The notes under the pieces are model-generated. The model saw only the letters and a list, made by a program, of their open reading frames with translations. It was not told where the DNA came from and searched no databases. Shown piece after piece: positions 27,947 through 37,039 of a stretch of 64,000 bases of DNA. The translations under genes were made by a program, and so were the position numbers. Numbering within the stretch: the first letter of the stretch is position 1; the number at the start of each line of letters is the position of its first letter. This DNA is from an uncultured Alphaproteobacteria bacterium (GTDB lineage Bacteria; Pseudomonadota; Alphaproteobacteria; Methylaequorales; Methylaequoraceae): assembly GCA_902590895.1 (NCBI GenBank), contig CACIYM010000002.1, forward strand, positions 349 through 64,348, in the 5' to 3' direction.

Positions 27947-29278
27947 ATGACCGTAAAAGAAGGAAGTCTTGGGGCACCAACCCGTCACCCGATTGATTGG
28001 GAGAGCCCAAATTTTACCGACGAAAAGCTTTTAGATAAAGAGCTTAGAAGGGTTTTTGATATTTGCCACGGATGCAGAAGATGCTTTAACTTATGCGAGA
28101 GTTTTCCCAAACTTTTCGATTTAATCGATGATTCCAAATCAGGTGAGCTTGATACAGTAGACAGTAAGGATTTTAAACCAGTTGTCGATGCTTGTACTCT
28201 TTGCGATATGTGCTTTCTGACAAAATGTCCTTACGTCCCCCCTCATGAGTTCAATTTAGATTTTCCTCATTTAATGCTCAGATACAGAGTTTTAGAAAGA
28301 AAGCAAAAGAAGAATAGCTTTATAGATGATCAACTGACGAAAACCGACAGAAACGGGAAATTTTTTTCAAAATTTTCCAACCTCGCGAATTGGTCAACTA
28401 AGACATCAAACAAAATTACCAGGCCAATAATGGAAACTCTTTTGAAGATTGACAGAGAAGCAGACTTACCAAAGTTTTACAAAGATACCCTAATAGGATC
28501 TCTTGAAAAAGGACAAAAAGAAGTTACGTTTGAAGGTAAGGAAAAAGTAGTTTTGTTTCCAACTTGTTTTGTTAACTACAATAATCCAAAACTTGGTCTA
28601 GTTGCTAAAGAGTTATTTAATAAACTTGGAATTGAACATGAATTTTTTTATGAAATGTGCTGTGGAATGCCTCAGCTTGAAGGTGGCGATATTAAGTCGG
28701 TAACCAACAAGGCAAAAGAAACAAGCTTAAAATTAAAAAGGTATATTGATAAAGGTTATAAAGTTTTATCAATAGTCCCTTCATGCACTTTAATGATTAA
28801 ATACGAATGGCCTCTGCTGGTTCCCGATTCTGAAGATATTAAATATTTATCTCAAAATACTTATGATATTTGCGAATATTTAGTTAGTTTTATAAACGAT
28901 AACTCATTAAAGGATAGAATAAAACCAATAGATGAAAGCGAATCAGTAAGTCTTCATATCTCTTGTCATTCAAGAGCCCAGAATATTGGACAAAAAGCTA
29001 CAGAACTTTTAAAGATGATTCCCAATATTAAGTTAGACGTTATAGAAAGATGTTCTGGACACGGTGGATCTTGGGGGATAAAGAAAGATAATTTTGAAAT
29101 GGCTATAAAAGTTGGTAAACCAGTTTCAAGAAAAGCTATTCAAAATAACAATAAATATGTCGTTTCGGAATGTCCTCTTGCTGGCACACACATTAAACAG
29201 GGCATGGATAAGATAGAAAGTAATGAAGCTAAAATTTTATCTCATCCACTCGAAATCTTTATAAAATCAATTAGTTAA
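27947..29278 (+). CDS. (Fe-S)-binding protein with two 4Fe-4S ferredoxin motifs and two CCG domains (HdrD/GlpC-like)
   Basis: CHGCRRCFNLCESFP and CTLCDMCFLTKCPYVPP, then the cysteine-rich motifs CCGMP and CSGHGGSWG. Confidence 0.8.
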   Translation: MTVKEGSLGAPTRHPIDWESPNFTDEKLLDKELRRVFDICHGCRRCFNLCESFPKLFDLIDDSKSGELDTVDSKDFKPVVDACTLCDMCFLTKCPYVPPHEFNLDFPHLMLRYRVLERKQKKNSFIDDQLTKTDRNGKFFSKFSNLANWSTKTSNKITRPIMETLLKIDREADLPKFYKDTLIGSLEKGQKEVTFEGKEKVVLFPTCFVNYNNPKLGLVAKELFNKLGIEHEFFYEMCCGMPQLEGGDIKSVTNKAKETSLKLKRYIDKGYKVLSIVPSCTLMIKYEWPLLVPDSEDIKYLSQNTYDICEYLVSFINDNSLKDRIKPIDESESVSLHISCHSRAQNIGQKATELLKMIPNIKLDVIERCSGHGGSWGIKKDNFEMAIKVGKPVSRKAIQNNNKYVVSECPLAGTHIKQGMDKIESNEAKILSHPLEIFIKSIS

Positions 29279-29294
29279 AAAGGAATTATGCATC

Positions 29295-29891
29295 ATGAGA
29301 AAGTTCGAAATTAAGGAAGAAGATGTCATTGACATAGACAACTACATCAAAGAACGAAATAATATAAAAAAAAATATTTCTCTCATTAAAAAAAACAGAA
29401 GGATACCTGTTGGGCCACACGCAACATTTTATTTTGAATGTTATCAAACCATGATTTATCAGATTCAAGAAATGCTCTATATAGAAAGAGGCGGCAAAGA
29501 ACAGTTACAAGATGAAATAAAGGCTTACAACCCTCTAGTTCCAAAAGGGAAAGAATTAGTGGCTACATTAATGTTTGAGATCGACAATGAAAAGAGAAGA
29601 AAAGATTTTCTTAATTCCGTTGGGGGTATCGAAAATAAGATTTTTATTAAAATAGGCGATAAAAAAGTAGTGGCTATGCCTGAAGATGACACCGACAGAA
29701 CGTCCGAGGATGGGAAAGCTTCCTCCGTACACTTTTTACATTTTAAGTTTGATGAAGATTTAGTTCAGCTTTTTATCAAAGGTGATACAGAAGTCGTCAT
29801 TGGTTTTGATCATCAAAATTATAAACATTTTAGTGAGATTTCCAAGGCATCGATAAACGAGTTATCCAATGATTTTGACATCAATCATTAA
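29295..29891 (+). CDS. DUF3501 family protein
   Basis: About 198 aa with FYFECYQTMIYQIQEMLYIE...YNPLVP...VHFLHFKF, as I recall for DUF3501. This family is typically found next to HdrD-like and rubrerythrin genes. Confidence 0.6.
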   Translation: MRKFEIKEEDVIDIDNYIKERNNIKKNISLIKKNRRIPVGPHATFYFECYQTMIYQIQEMLYIERGGKEQLQDEIKAYNPLVPKGKELVATLMFEIDNEKRRKDFLNSVGGIENKIFIKIGDKKVVAMPEDDTDRTSEDGKASSVHFLHFKFDEDLVQLFIKGDTEVVIGFDHQNYKHFSEISKASINELSNDFDINH

Positions 29892-30351
29892 CAAAACCCC
29901 AAAGAGAATTCTTTAAAATCCACCCAGATACCTTTGGATCTTCAACCTTGCACCAGTGCACTTTACACTTCAAAATTTTCAATATATAACCTGATTTTAC
30001 TAGCGCTAACTGTTTGGAACTAAGGCTTGGAAAATTGTAAAGCTTTTCAATATCTTTGGTTAAAATTCCATAATTGCTGTTAGAAAGCTGTGTTTTTGAA
30101 ACCCATCCAATCCTATTTTTGTAATCTGAAACTTTATACCAATTTTCATACTTTTCTATGATTTCTACAGGATAACCCTTTGCTAAAATTTTAAATAATA
30201 TAAGTTGACCTAAACCGGGACCATTTCTTAAGTTAACTTCACTATATTTAGTTGATAAATATTTATTTTTTTTGAGCCCTGAATAAGCATTTGGTGTTAT
30301 AATCAAAATTAAAATGATCGATAGAAATTTTAAAAAAGTCATTATTCTCAT
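29881..30351 (-). CDS. Secreted tandem bacterial SH3-like domain protein
   Basis: Signal peptide MRIMTFLKFLSIILILIITPNAYS. Two SH3b-like repeats (VNLRNGPG...GWV and WCKV...GWI). The start is ATG 30351 or 30342; the ORF-track TTG 30396 is unlikely. Confidence 0.65.
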   Translation of the reverse strand: MRIMTFLKFLSIILILIITPNAYSGLKKNKYLSTKYSEVNLRNGPGLGQLILFKILAKGYPVEIIEKYENWYKVSDYKNRIGWVSKTQLSNSNYGILTKDIEKLYNFPSLSSKQLALVKSGYILKILKCKVHWCKVEDPKVSGWILKNSLWGFVND

Positions 30352-31312
30352 TACAAGAAAACTACCAGAAAAGATAGAAAAAAAATTAGAAAACAATTTT
30401 TCAGTAATTTTAAATAAAAATGATAGAAAGTATTCGTATAAAGATCTTAAAAAAAAAATTCAAAATGTAGATATTTTAGTTCCTTGTGTATCAGACACCA
30501 TAGATGCTTCAATAATTAAATCTGGATCAAAGCTAAAGTTAATCGCAAATTTTGGTAATGGTGTTGATAATATTGACTTAACAACTGCCAAAGAGAGAAA
30601 ATTAATAGTTACTAACACTCCAGATGTACTTACAGAAGATACTGCAGATTTAGTTTTAACAATGATACTAATGATCTGTAGGAAAATTAATGTTGCCCAA
30701 CAGAAAATAATGAACAGGGTTTGGACAGGCTGGGGGCCAAGTGAAACCCTTGGAGAAAAGCTACAGGGTAAAAAAGTTGGTATTATAGGCATGGGAAGAA
30801 TTGGAACTGCAGTTGCAAAGCGCTTAAGTACAATTGGTATGGAAATTAATTATCACAATAGGAAAAAACACAATAAAAAAATTGAAACTCAATTTAAAGC
30901 AAATTACTGGAGTAGTTTAGACCAAATGATTTCTAAAATGGATATTATTTCAATACATTGTCCTTTTACTGCTGAAACATTCCATCTTTTATCAAAAAAT
31001 AGAATAAGATTGCTAAAAAAAAATTGTATAGTAATAAACACCTCTAGGGGTGAAATAATCGATGAGCAGGCGTTGGCGGACGCATTATTTAAAAAAAAAA
31101 TTGGAGGAGCTGGCTTAGATGTTTTTGAGCATGAACCTCAGATTACACAAAAATTATTTGACTCGGATAATGTAGTACTTTTACCACATATAAGCTCTGC
31201 AACAAAGGAAAGTAGAATTGCTATGGGAGAGAGAGTATTTAAAAATATTAGTTATTTCTTGAAACAAAAGAAACCACCAGATTTAGTAAAAATAAAAAAA
31301 ACCGAATACTAG
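30314..31312 (+). CDS. D-isomer-specific 2-hydroxyacid dehydrogenase (glyoxylate/hydroxypyruvate reductase-like)
   Basis: NAD-binding motif GIIGMGRIGTAVAKR and catalytic region NTSRGEIID...LDVFEHEP...PHISSAT. Confidence 0.88.
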   Translation: MIDRNFKKVIILITRKLPEKIEKKLENNFSVILNKNDRKYSYKDLKKKIQNVDILVPCVSDTIDASIIKSGSKLKLIANFGNGVDNIDLTTAKERKLIVTNTPDVLTEDTADLVLTMILMICRKINVAQQKIMNRVWTGWGPSETLGEKLQGKKVGIIGMGRIGTAVAKRLSTIGMEINYHNRKKHNKKIETQFKANYWSSLDQMISKMDIISIHCPFTAETFHLLSKNRIRLLKKNCIVINTSRGEIIDEQALADALFKKKIGGAGLDVFEHEPQITQKLFDSDNVVLLPHISSATKESRIAMGERVFKNISYFLKQKKPPDLVKIKKTEY

Positions 31313-32070
31313 TACTTACAAATTTTACATTTAACATTTTTTTCGACTTTTATCTTTTTCATTTCTCTTGAAAATCCATCAAAAATTATTAACTCCCTAA
31401 AAATTTTTTGGTCACACCCAAGAATTATATTTACCACAGTAATAGCTTGCATTATTCCACCGAACCCTGCTATGGGTGATACTATTCCCATTTGATCACA
31501 ATTCAAAATGTTCCCATCAGAGAATTTCGGGAAAATACATTCGTAGCATGGATTTTTTTTACTAGCCCAAGCTTTAAACGATGATACCTGCACATCAAAA
31601 TTTTGAAGTGCAGCTGAAACTAAAATTTTTTTTTTTTTAAAACAATACTCATTTATTAGAAATCTTGTTTCAAAATTATCCGAACAGTCTATTATAAATT
31701 TAGACTTTTCCAAAAATAAATTGATATTTCGTCTTGTTATTTTTTTTTTAATAATGCTTACATCTAATTCTGCATTAATTTTAAGAATATTTTTCTTTAA
31801 TATTGTGGCCTTATTTTCACCAATGTCTTTTTCCAAAAAAGATATCTGCCTGTTTAAATTACTCAATTCAATATTATCAAAATCTATTAAAAGTATTTTC
31901 CCCACGCCAGTCATTGCCAGATACTGAGCAGTAGTTGTACCTAAACCACCACAACCAATTATACAAATTGATGACTTCATTATTTTTTTTTGACCACTAA
32001 TACCAATTTTCTCCATCATGATTTGACGAGAATACTTTTCGAAGTTTTTTTCACTTATATTTATCATCAT
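31309..32070 (-). CDS. ThiF/MoeB/HesA family E1-like adenylyltransferase
   Basis: YSRQIMMEKIG...GCGGLGT nucleotide-binding motif. CxxC pairs (CYECIFP; CKICKY). No rhodanese domain. Confidence 0.85.
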   Translation of the reverse strand: MMINISEKNFEKYSRQIMMEKIGISGQKKIMKSSICIIGCGGLGTTTAQYLAMTGVGKILLIDFDNIELSNLNRQISFLEKDIGENKATILKKNILKINAELDVSIIKKKITRRNINLFLEKSKFIIDCSDNFETRFLINEYCFKKKKILVSAALQNFDVQVSSFKAWASKKNPCYECIFPKFSDGNILNCDQMGIVSPIAGFGGIMQAITVVNIILGCDQKIFRELIIFDGFSREMKKIKVEKNVKCKICKY

Positions 32071-33014
32071 TAAAACTCACTAAATAATTGAGTTGATAGA
32101 TATCTTTCAGCAAATGAAGGGATAATTATAACACTATTTCTTTTATGCATCTTTTTATCCTCATGAATTTCTGCAGCTGCTGCTAGTACTGCGCCAGAAG
32201 AAATCCCTCCTGCAATTCCTTCGTATTTCCCCAAAGCCTTTGAAAACTGAAATGCTGATGTATTACTTATAGGCAAAACTTCATCTATTACCTTCAAATT
32301 AAGATTTTTAGGTATGAAGCCTGCACCTATACCCTGTATTGAATGAGATCCCGGTTCTCCTCCACTTATAACTGCAGAGTCCTCGGGTTCAACTGCAATG
32401 ACTTTTATACTTTTTTTTTTGCCCTTTAAATATTTACCTACCCCACTTATTGTTCCACCTGTTCCAACACCAGCAATAAAAAAATCAATTTGACCTTGAG
32501 TGTCATCCCATATTTCTTGTGCTGTGGTTTTAAAATGAACTTCTGGGTTAGCTTGATTTTTAAATTGATCTAAAATAATACTATTTTTTGTCTTTCTTGA
32601 TATTCTTTTTGCTTCTTCAATTGCACCATTCATGCCTAACTCTTTTGGTGTTAAGACAATTTTAGCTCCAAGAAAGTTAAGCATTTTTCTTCTCTCAATT
32701 GACATACTACTCGGCATTGTTAGAACAAGATTGTATCCTCTTGCCGCGCAGATAAAGGCAAGTGCTATTCCTGTATTTCCTGATGTAGCTTCAATTAGAA
32801 CAGTCTCCTTATTAACAAGATTTTTTTTTTCTGCTTCATTAATCATGGCTAAACCAATCCTATCTTTTACTGAACCCAATGGATTAAAAAACTCTAGTTT
32901 GGCGATTATATTCCCAGATAAATTGAATTTCTTAGAAATATTATTCAGTTTTACCATAGGTGTGTTTCCAATCGTTTGATCAATTGAATCAAATATTTTT
33001 TTTTTAGATGACAA
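32070..33014 (-). CDS. cysK: Cysteine synthase A (O-acetylserine sulfhydrylase)
   Basis: PLP-lysine region NPLGSVKDR, TSGNTG loop and GVGTGGTISG. Confidence 0.93.
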   Translation of the reverse strand: MSSKKKIFDSIDQTIGNTPMVKLNNISKKFNLSGNIIAKLEFFNPLGSVKDRIGLAMINEAEKKNLVNKETVLIEATSGNTGIALAFICAARGYNLVLTMPSSMSIERRKMLNFLGAKIVLTPKELGMNGAIEEAKRISRKTKNSIILDQFKNQANPEVHFKTTAQEIWDDTQGQIDFFIAGVGTGGTISGVGKYLKGKKKSIKVIAVEPEDSAVISGGEPGSHSIQGIGAGFIPKNLNLKVIDEVLPISNTSAFQFSKALGKYEGIAGGISSGAVLAAAAEIHEDKKMHKRNSVIIIPSFAERYLSTQLFSEF

Positions 33015-33453
33015 AATCTACTTTCTTTTTCTTTAAATTTTGATTTTTATTATTTGTAGCTAATTTGTAAATATCCTCCACTGAAATATTATTTAACAAT
33101 TCAAAACTTTTCTTGGTAACCTTGGTTATTAACGGTTCGATCAAAACTTTTGAAATTTGAGTATTGTAAAAATCTCTTAATTCTGAATTGCTTGATTTTG
33201 AAACAGATAAAATTATTTCAGAGACCATAATTTTCCTTCTTTCTTTAGCTAATCTATAACCACCGTTTGGCCCTCTGGATGCAACTAAAATTTTACTTTT
33301 TACTAAGGTTTGAAGAGTTTGTTCCAGATATCTTTTGGGAATTCCTTGCCTCTTTGCGATAGATATATTTTGCACTGGGTTAACCCCAGAATTAAGTGCA
33401 ATGTCAATCACAGCTTCTATTGCATAAATAATTCTTTTTTGTATCTTAAACAA
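33004..33453 (-). CDS. Rrf2 family transcriptional regulator, Cys-less (CymR-like)
   Basis: Rrf2 wHTH (ISIAKRQGIPKRYLEQTLQTLVKSKILVASRGPNGGYRLA). The 149 aa contain no cysteine. Confidence 0.85.
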   Translation of the reverse strand: MFKIQKRIIYAIEAVIDIALNSGVNPVQNISIAKRQGIPKRYLEQTLQTLVKSKILVASRGPNGGYRLAKERRKIMVSEIILSVSKSSNSELRDFYNTQISKVLIEPLITKVTKKSFELLNNISVEDIYKLATNNKNQNLKKKKVDFVI

Positions 33454-33464
33454 TGTCTTACCGA

Positions 33465-33908
33465 CTATGTCCCTGTTGAACCAAAGCCACCTTTTCCCCT
33501 TTTTGTAGTTGAAAGCCTATTTTTTTTTTCAAGTTTAATTTTTGGTAACTCCATAAAAACTATTTGAGCTATCCTCATTCCCCTGAGTATGTCAAATTTT
33601 TTTTTCCCATGATTGATTAAAATAACACAAACCTCTCCTCTGTAGTCAGCATCTATTGTACCAGGCGTATTTAACACTGTAATAGAATATTTCAAAGCTA
33701 GCCCTGACCTTGGTCTAACTTGGGCTTCAAAACCTTTTGGTAGTTGAATTGAAAACCCTGTAGGTATTAGTAAAGTTGTGTTAGGCTTAAGTGTAATTTT
33801 TTTATTGACTGCAGCAACAAGATCGAATCCTGCACTATCATCTGTTGCTCTTTTTAAATTATAGAGTTCTAAGCCATTTTCTAAGATTTTATAATAAATT
33901 TTTTTCAT
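33465..33908 (-). CDS. dut: dUTP diphosphatase
   Basis: GTIDADYRGE and RGKGGFGSTG motifs. Confidence 0.95.
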   Translation of the reverse strand: MKKIYYKILENGLELYNLKRATDDSAGFDLVAAVNKKITLKPNTTLLIPTGFSIQLPKGFEAQVRPRSGLALKYSITVLNTPGTIDADYRGEVCVILINHGKKKFDILRGMRIAQIVFMELPKIKLEKKNRLSTTKRGKGGFGSTGT

Positions 33909-33919
33909 AATTTAATAAT

Positions 33920-35113
33920 TTATTTTTTTTTAAAAAAAGAAACAATTTTTTTTGTAAGTTTTAATGCTACTATTCTTTTTTTCATTTTAGGCCATTCATA
34001 GACTTTCTTTTTATCAAAAAAATAAATTTTGTTTTTATCAGATAAAAAAGCATTGTCATCTGTTACCTCATTTGCCAATATCCAGTCACAACCCTTTTCT
34101 ATCAATTTTTTTTTTGTATTTTTAAGTAAGTTGTTTGTTTCAGCCGAAAATCCAATTACCAACTTTGGTTTTCTCCTATGCGAAGAGACATTTTTTAAAA
34201 CATCATCATTTAATGCAAATTCAATATTGTTTATGTTATTTTTCTTTATTTTATTTCTTTGTGTTTTTTTTATACGCCAATCAGATATTGCGGCCACAGA
34301 AATAAAAATATCACAAGGGAGATTACCGATTGAATGTTGCAGAAACTCCTTTCCACTCAATACTTCAACAACTTCAACATTTTTCGCAGCTTCAATATTC
34401 GTTGGACCAGAAATTAAAATTGTTTTCGCTCCAAATGCTGCAAGGGAATTAGCGATTTCATATCCCTGAAGCCCAGTAGAGAAATTGCTTATAAATCTTA
34501 CCGGATCAATTTTTTCAAGCGAAGGACCTGCAGTAACAACTGCTTTTAAACCATTAAGAATTTTTGGGGAGAAAATAAAGTCTAATTCGTCAACAATTTC
34601 GCTTATTTCCATTAGTTTACCTGAGCCTTTAGTACCGCATGCAAGCTTACCAGTTTGAGGACTTAAAACATGAACATCTAATTTTTTTAAACACGTAAGA
34701 TTGTTTTTTACAATTTTGTTTGTCCACATCAACGAATTCATAGCTGGTGCAATTATTTTCAACTTGTTAGATGCTAGCAAGACATTGGTTGCTAGATCAT
34801 CAGCTGATCCGTTAGCCATTTTTGATAGAAAGTTGGCAGTACAAGGTGCAATAAGAATCGCATCACAATTGTTAGCTAACTTTATATGACTCATATTATT
34901 TTCTTCATCAAGTGAAAATAAATTTGAATGAGTTTTTTTTCCTAAAAGGCTCTCAAAAGACAATATATTGACAAATTTTTCTACATTTTTTGTAAGAATA
35001 CATTCAATATCTACTTCCTTTTCCTGTAATCGCCTTATTAAGTCAAGAGATTTGTAAGATGCAATACCTCCTGTAACAACTAATAAAATTTTTTTTTTTT
35101 TGAGGAAATTCAT
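33920..35113 (-). CDS. coaBC: Bifunctional phosphopantothenoylcysteine decarboxylase / phosphopantothenate-cysteine ligase
   Basis: N-terminal flavoprotein domain (VTGGIASYK) and C-terminal CoaB domain (ITAGP..E.IDPVRFISN.STG). Confidence 0.93.
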   Translation of the reverse strand: MNFLKKKKILLVVTGGIASYKSLDLIRRLQEKEVDIECILTKNVEKFVNILSFESLLGKKTHSNLFSLDEENNMSHIKLANNCDAILIAPCTANFLSKMANGSADDLATNVLLASNKLKIIAPAMNSLMWTNKIVKNNLTCLKKLDVHVLSPQTGKLACGTKGSGKLMEISEIVDELDFIFSPKILNGLKAVVTAGPSLEKIDPVRFISNFSTGLQGYEIANSLAAFGAKTILISGPTNIEAAKNVEVVEVLSGKEFLQHSIGNLPCDIFISVAAISDWRIKKTQRNKIKKNNINNIEFALNDDVLKNVSSHRRKPKLVIGFSAETNNLLKNTKKKLIEKGCDWILANEVTDDNAFLSDKNKIYFFDKKKVYEWPKMKKRIVALKLTKKIVSFFKKK

Positions 35114-35823
35114 TTTTTTGAGATATGGATTGCAGCTAGTCCATCTAAAATATCAATAACATTAATATTATTAAATTTATTTTTTTTTAATTTTTTTGAA
35201 AGCTCTATTTGATTTGGAAATTGCTTAATACTTTCAATCAAATAATTATAGGCAAGTTTTTTATTAAAAAAAAGTTCAGCATATTTAGGAATTATTTTTC
35301 CGTAAAAATGAAATAACTTCCTAAACAAATCATTATTTATATCACTAAATTCTAAACACAATAAAAATCCATTTTTTTTAAGAACTCTCTTAATCTCAAG
35401 GATTGATTTGTTCAGATCAGAAAAATTTCTTAATCCAAAACCAACAGTAACATAATCAAAAACGTTATTTTTGAACGGCAAATTTTCAGCTTTTCCAGAT
35501 ATAAAAATTCCATCACTAACCTTTTTTTTTGCTTTCAAAAGCATTTTTGTATTCGCATCATAAATTATACAAGAACAATTAGATTTCTTTTTAATTAAAT
35601 TTGCGAGATCACCTGAGCCCGAAGCCAAGTCTAACACTACAGAACTTTCATTTATATCCATAAGTGATACAACTTTTTTTTTCCAACTTCTATGAAGACC
35701 AAAACTCATGATGTCGTTCATAAGATCGTAATTTTCAGCAACATTAGAAAAAGTTTGACTAACAAATTTTTCTTTCTTACTTTTGTTTAGATACTTAAAG
35801 TTATTTAAAAAATCATTTTTCAT
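35110..35823 (-). CDS. ubiE: Ubiquinone/menaquinone biosynthesis C-methyltransferase UbiE
   Basis: YDLMNDIMSFGLHRSWKK signature and SAM motif VLDLASGSGD. Confidence 0.92.
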   Translation of the reverse strand: MKNDFLNNFKYLNKSKKEKFVSQTFSNVAENYDLMNDIMSFGLHRSWKKKVVSLMDINESSVVLDLASGSGDLANLIKKKSNCSCIIYDANTKMLLKAKKKVSDGIFISGKAENLPFKNNVFDYVTVGFGLRNFSDLNKSILEIKRVLKKNGFLLCLEFSDINNDLFRKLFHFYGKIIPKYAELFFNKKLAYNYLIESIKQFPNQIELSKKLKKNKFNNINVIDILDGLAAIHISKK

Positions 35824-36640
35824 GCCAGAGTTACCAGAAGTTGAAGTTGTTAAAAAATTTTTGAATTCAAACTTTAATGGAAAAAGAATTCAAAAAATTA
35901 AAATCTTAAATAAAAAACTACGTTATAAAATTGAAACTAATATAACAAAACATTTAATCAATCAAATAATAACAAAAATTTTCAGAAGAGGTAAATATTT
36001 AATACTTTTGTTTGAAAATAAAAATACATTGTTGATCCATTTAGGTATGACGGGTTACTTTAGAATTATTAAAGAAGAAAATTATAAGAAGCATGACCAT
36101 TTAGTTTTTTATTTTGAATCAAATTTGCTTGTCTACAATGATATAAGAAAGTTTGGTTTTATAAAATTTTATAAGCCAGATGAGGTTTTAAATTCTCAGC
36201 ATTTAGTTAAAATTGGTCCAGAACCCTTTTCAAAAGAATATGACTTTAAATATTTTAAACTTAATTCAAAAAAAACAACTAATATTAAAAATCTTTTAAT
36301 GGACCAGAATTTCGTAGCTGGTCTAGGTAATATTTATTGTTCCGAGATTTTGTTTGATGCTAAAATAAATCCAAAAAGAAGATGTAAAAAACTAAATAAT
36401 AATCAGATAAAACAAATAATAAAATCTACAAAAAAAATCTTAGATAAAGCAATAAGTTTTGGAGGCACAACAATAAAAAACTTTGTGGTTTCGAATGAAA
36501 AAATTGGATATTTCAAGAATGAATTAAAAGTTTATGGAAAAGAGGACACCGGTTGTGTAAGATGCAGTAAAATAAATAAAATTAAAAGAATAGTTCAAAG
36601 TGGAAGATCAACGTTTTTTTGTGAAAATTGTCAAAAATAG
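35822..36640 (+). CDS. mutM: Formamidopyrimidine-DNA glycosylase
   Basis: Obligatory N-terminus MPELPEVE and C-terminal zinc finger CVRC...CENC. The ORF-track start 35783 is an upstream extension. Confidence 0.95.
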   Translation: MPELPEVEVVKKFLNSNFNGKRIQKIKILNKKLRYKIETNITKHLINQIITKIFRRGKYLILLFENKNTLLIHLGMTGYFRIIKEENYKKHDHLVFYFESNLLVYNDIRKFGFIKFYKPDEVLNSQHLVKIGPEPFSKEYDFKYFKLNSKKTTNIKNLLMDQNFVAGLGNIYCSEILFDAKINPKRRCKKLNNNQIKQIIKSTKKILDKAISFGGTTIKNFVVSNEKIGYFKNELKVYGKEDTGCVRCSKINKIKRIVQSGRSTFFCENCQK

Positions 36641-36641
36641 A

Positions 36642-36986
36642 ATGCATTTTATATTAGTTGTAAAATTTTTCTTTCTAGTTTCATTTACAGTCTTTGCAGA
36701 GGATTTCGTATACGGTCTTGATGATATTCCTGTATACAAGAATATGCGGTATGTTGAGAATTCTAATGTACTTTTTGATAAAATTGATGGTCGATTTGTA
36801 TCTTCTGAAATGGTAGGTAAATATGAAATTAAAGAAATAAAAATTTTTTACAACTCTGTTCTTCCTAATTTAGGTTGGGAAAAAGTCGAAGAAAATATTT
36901 TTGAGCGTGGTACCGAATTCTTAGAAATAAAATTAGAATCTGCTGAATCCCTCTCTACAGTCCAATTTAGTATTTATCCTAAATAA
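36642..36986 (+). CDS. Hypothetical secreted protein (114 aa)
   Basis: Signal peptide MHFILVVKFFFLVSFTVFA. The ATG lies 1 nt after the mutM stop. I do not recognise a family. Confidence 0.5.
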   Translation: MHFILVVKFFFLVSFTVFAEDFVYGLDDIPVYKNMRYVENSNVLFDKIDGRFVSSEMVGKYEIKEIKIFYNSVLPNLGWEKVEENIFERGTEFLEIKLESAESLSTVQFSIYPK

Positions 36987-37000
36987 TAGACAATTTATTC

Positions 37001-37029
37001 TTGACCACTTTACTTTTCAAAAGTATAAA
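37001..37029 (+). promoter_or_regulatory. Candidate sigma70 promoter of rpsT (TTGACC-17 nt-TATAAA)
   Basis: Near-consensus hexamers with 17-nt spacing. The -10 element ends 10 nt before the rpsT ATG. Confidence 0.4.
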
Positions 37030-37039
37030 TTTCAGTAAT

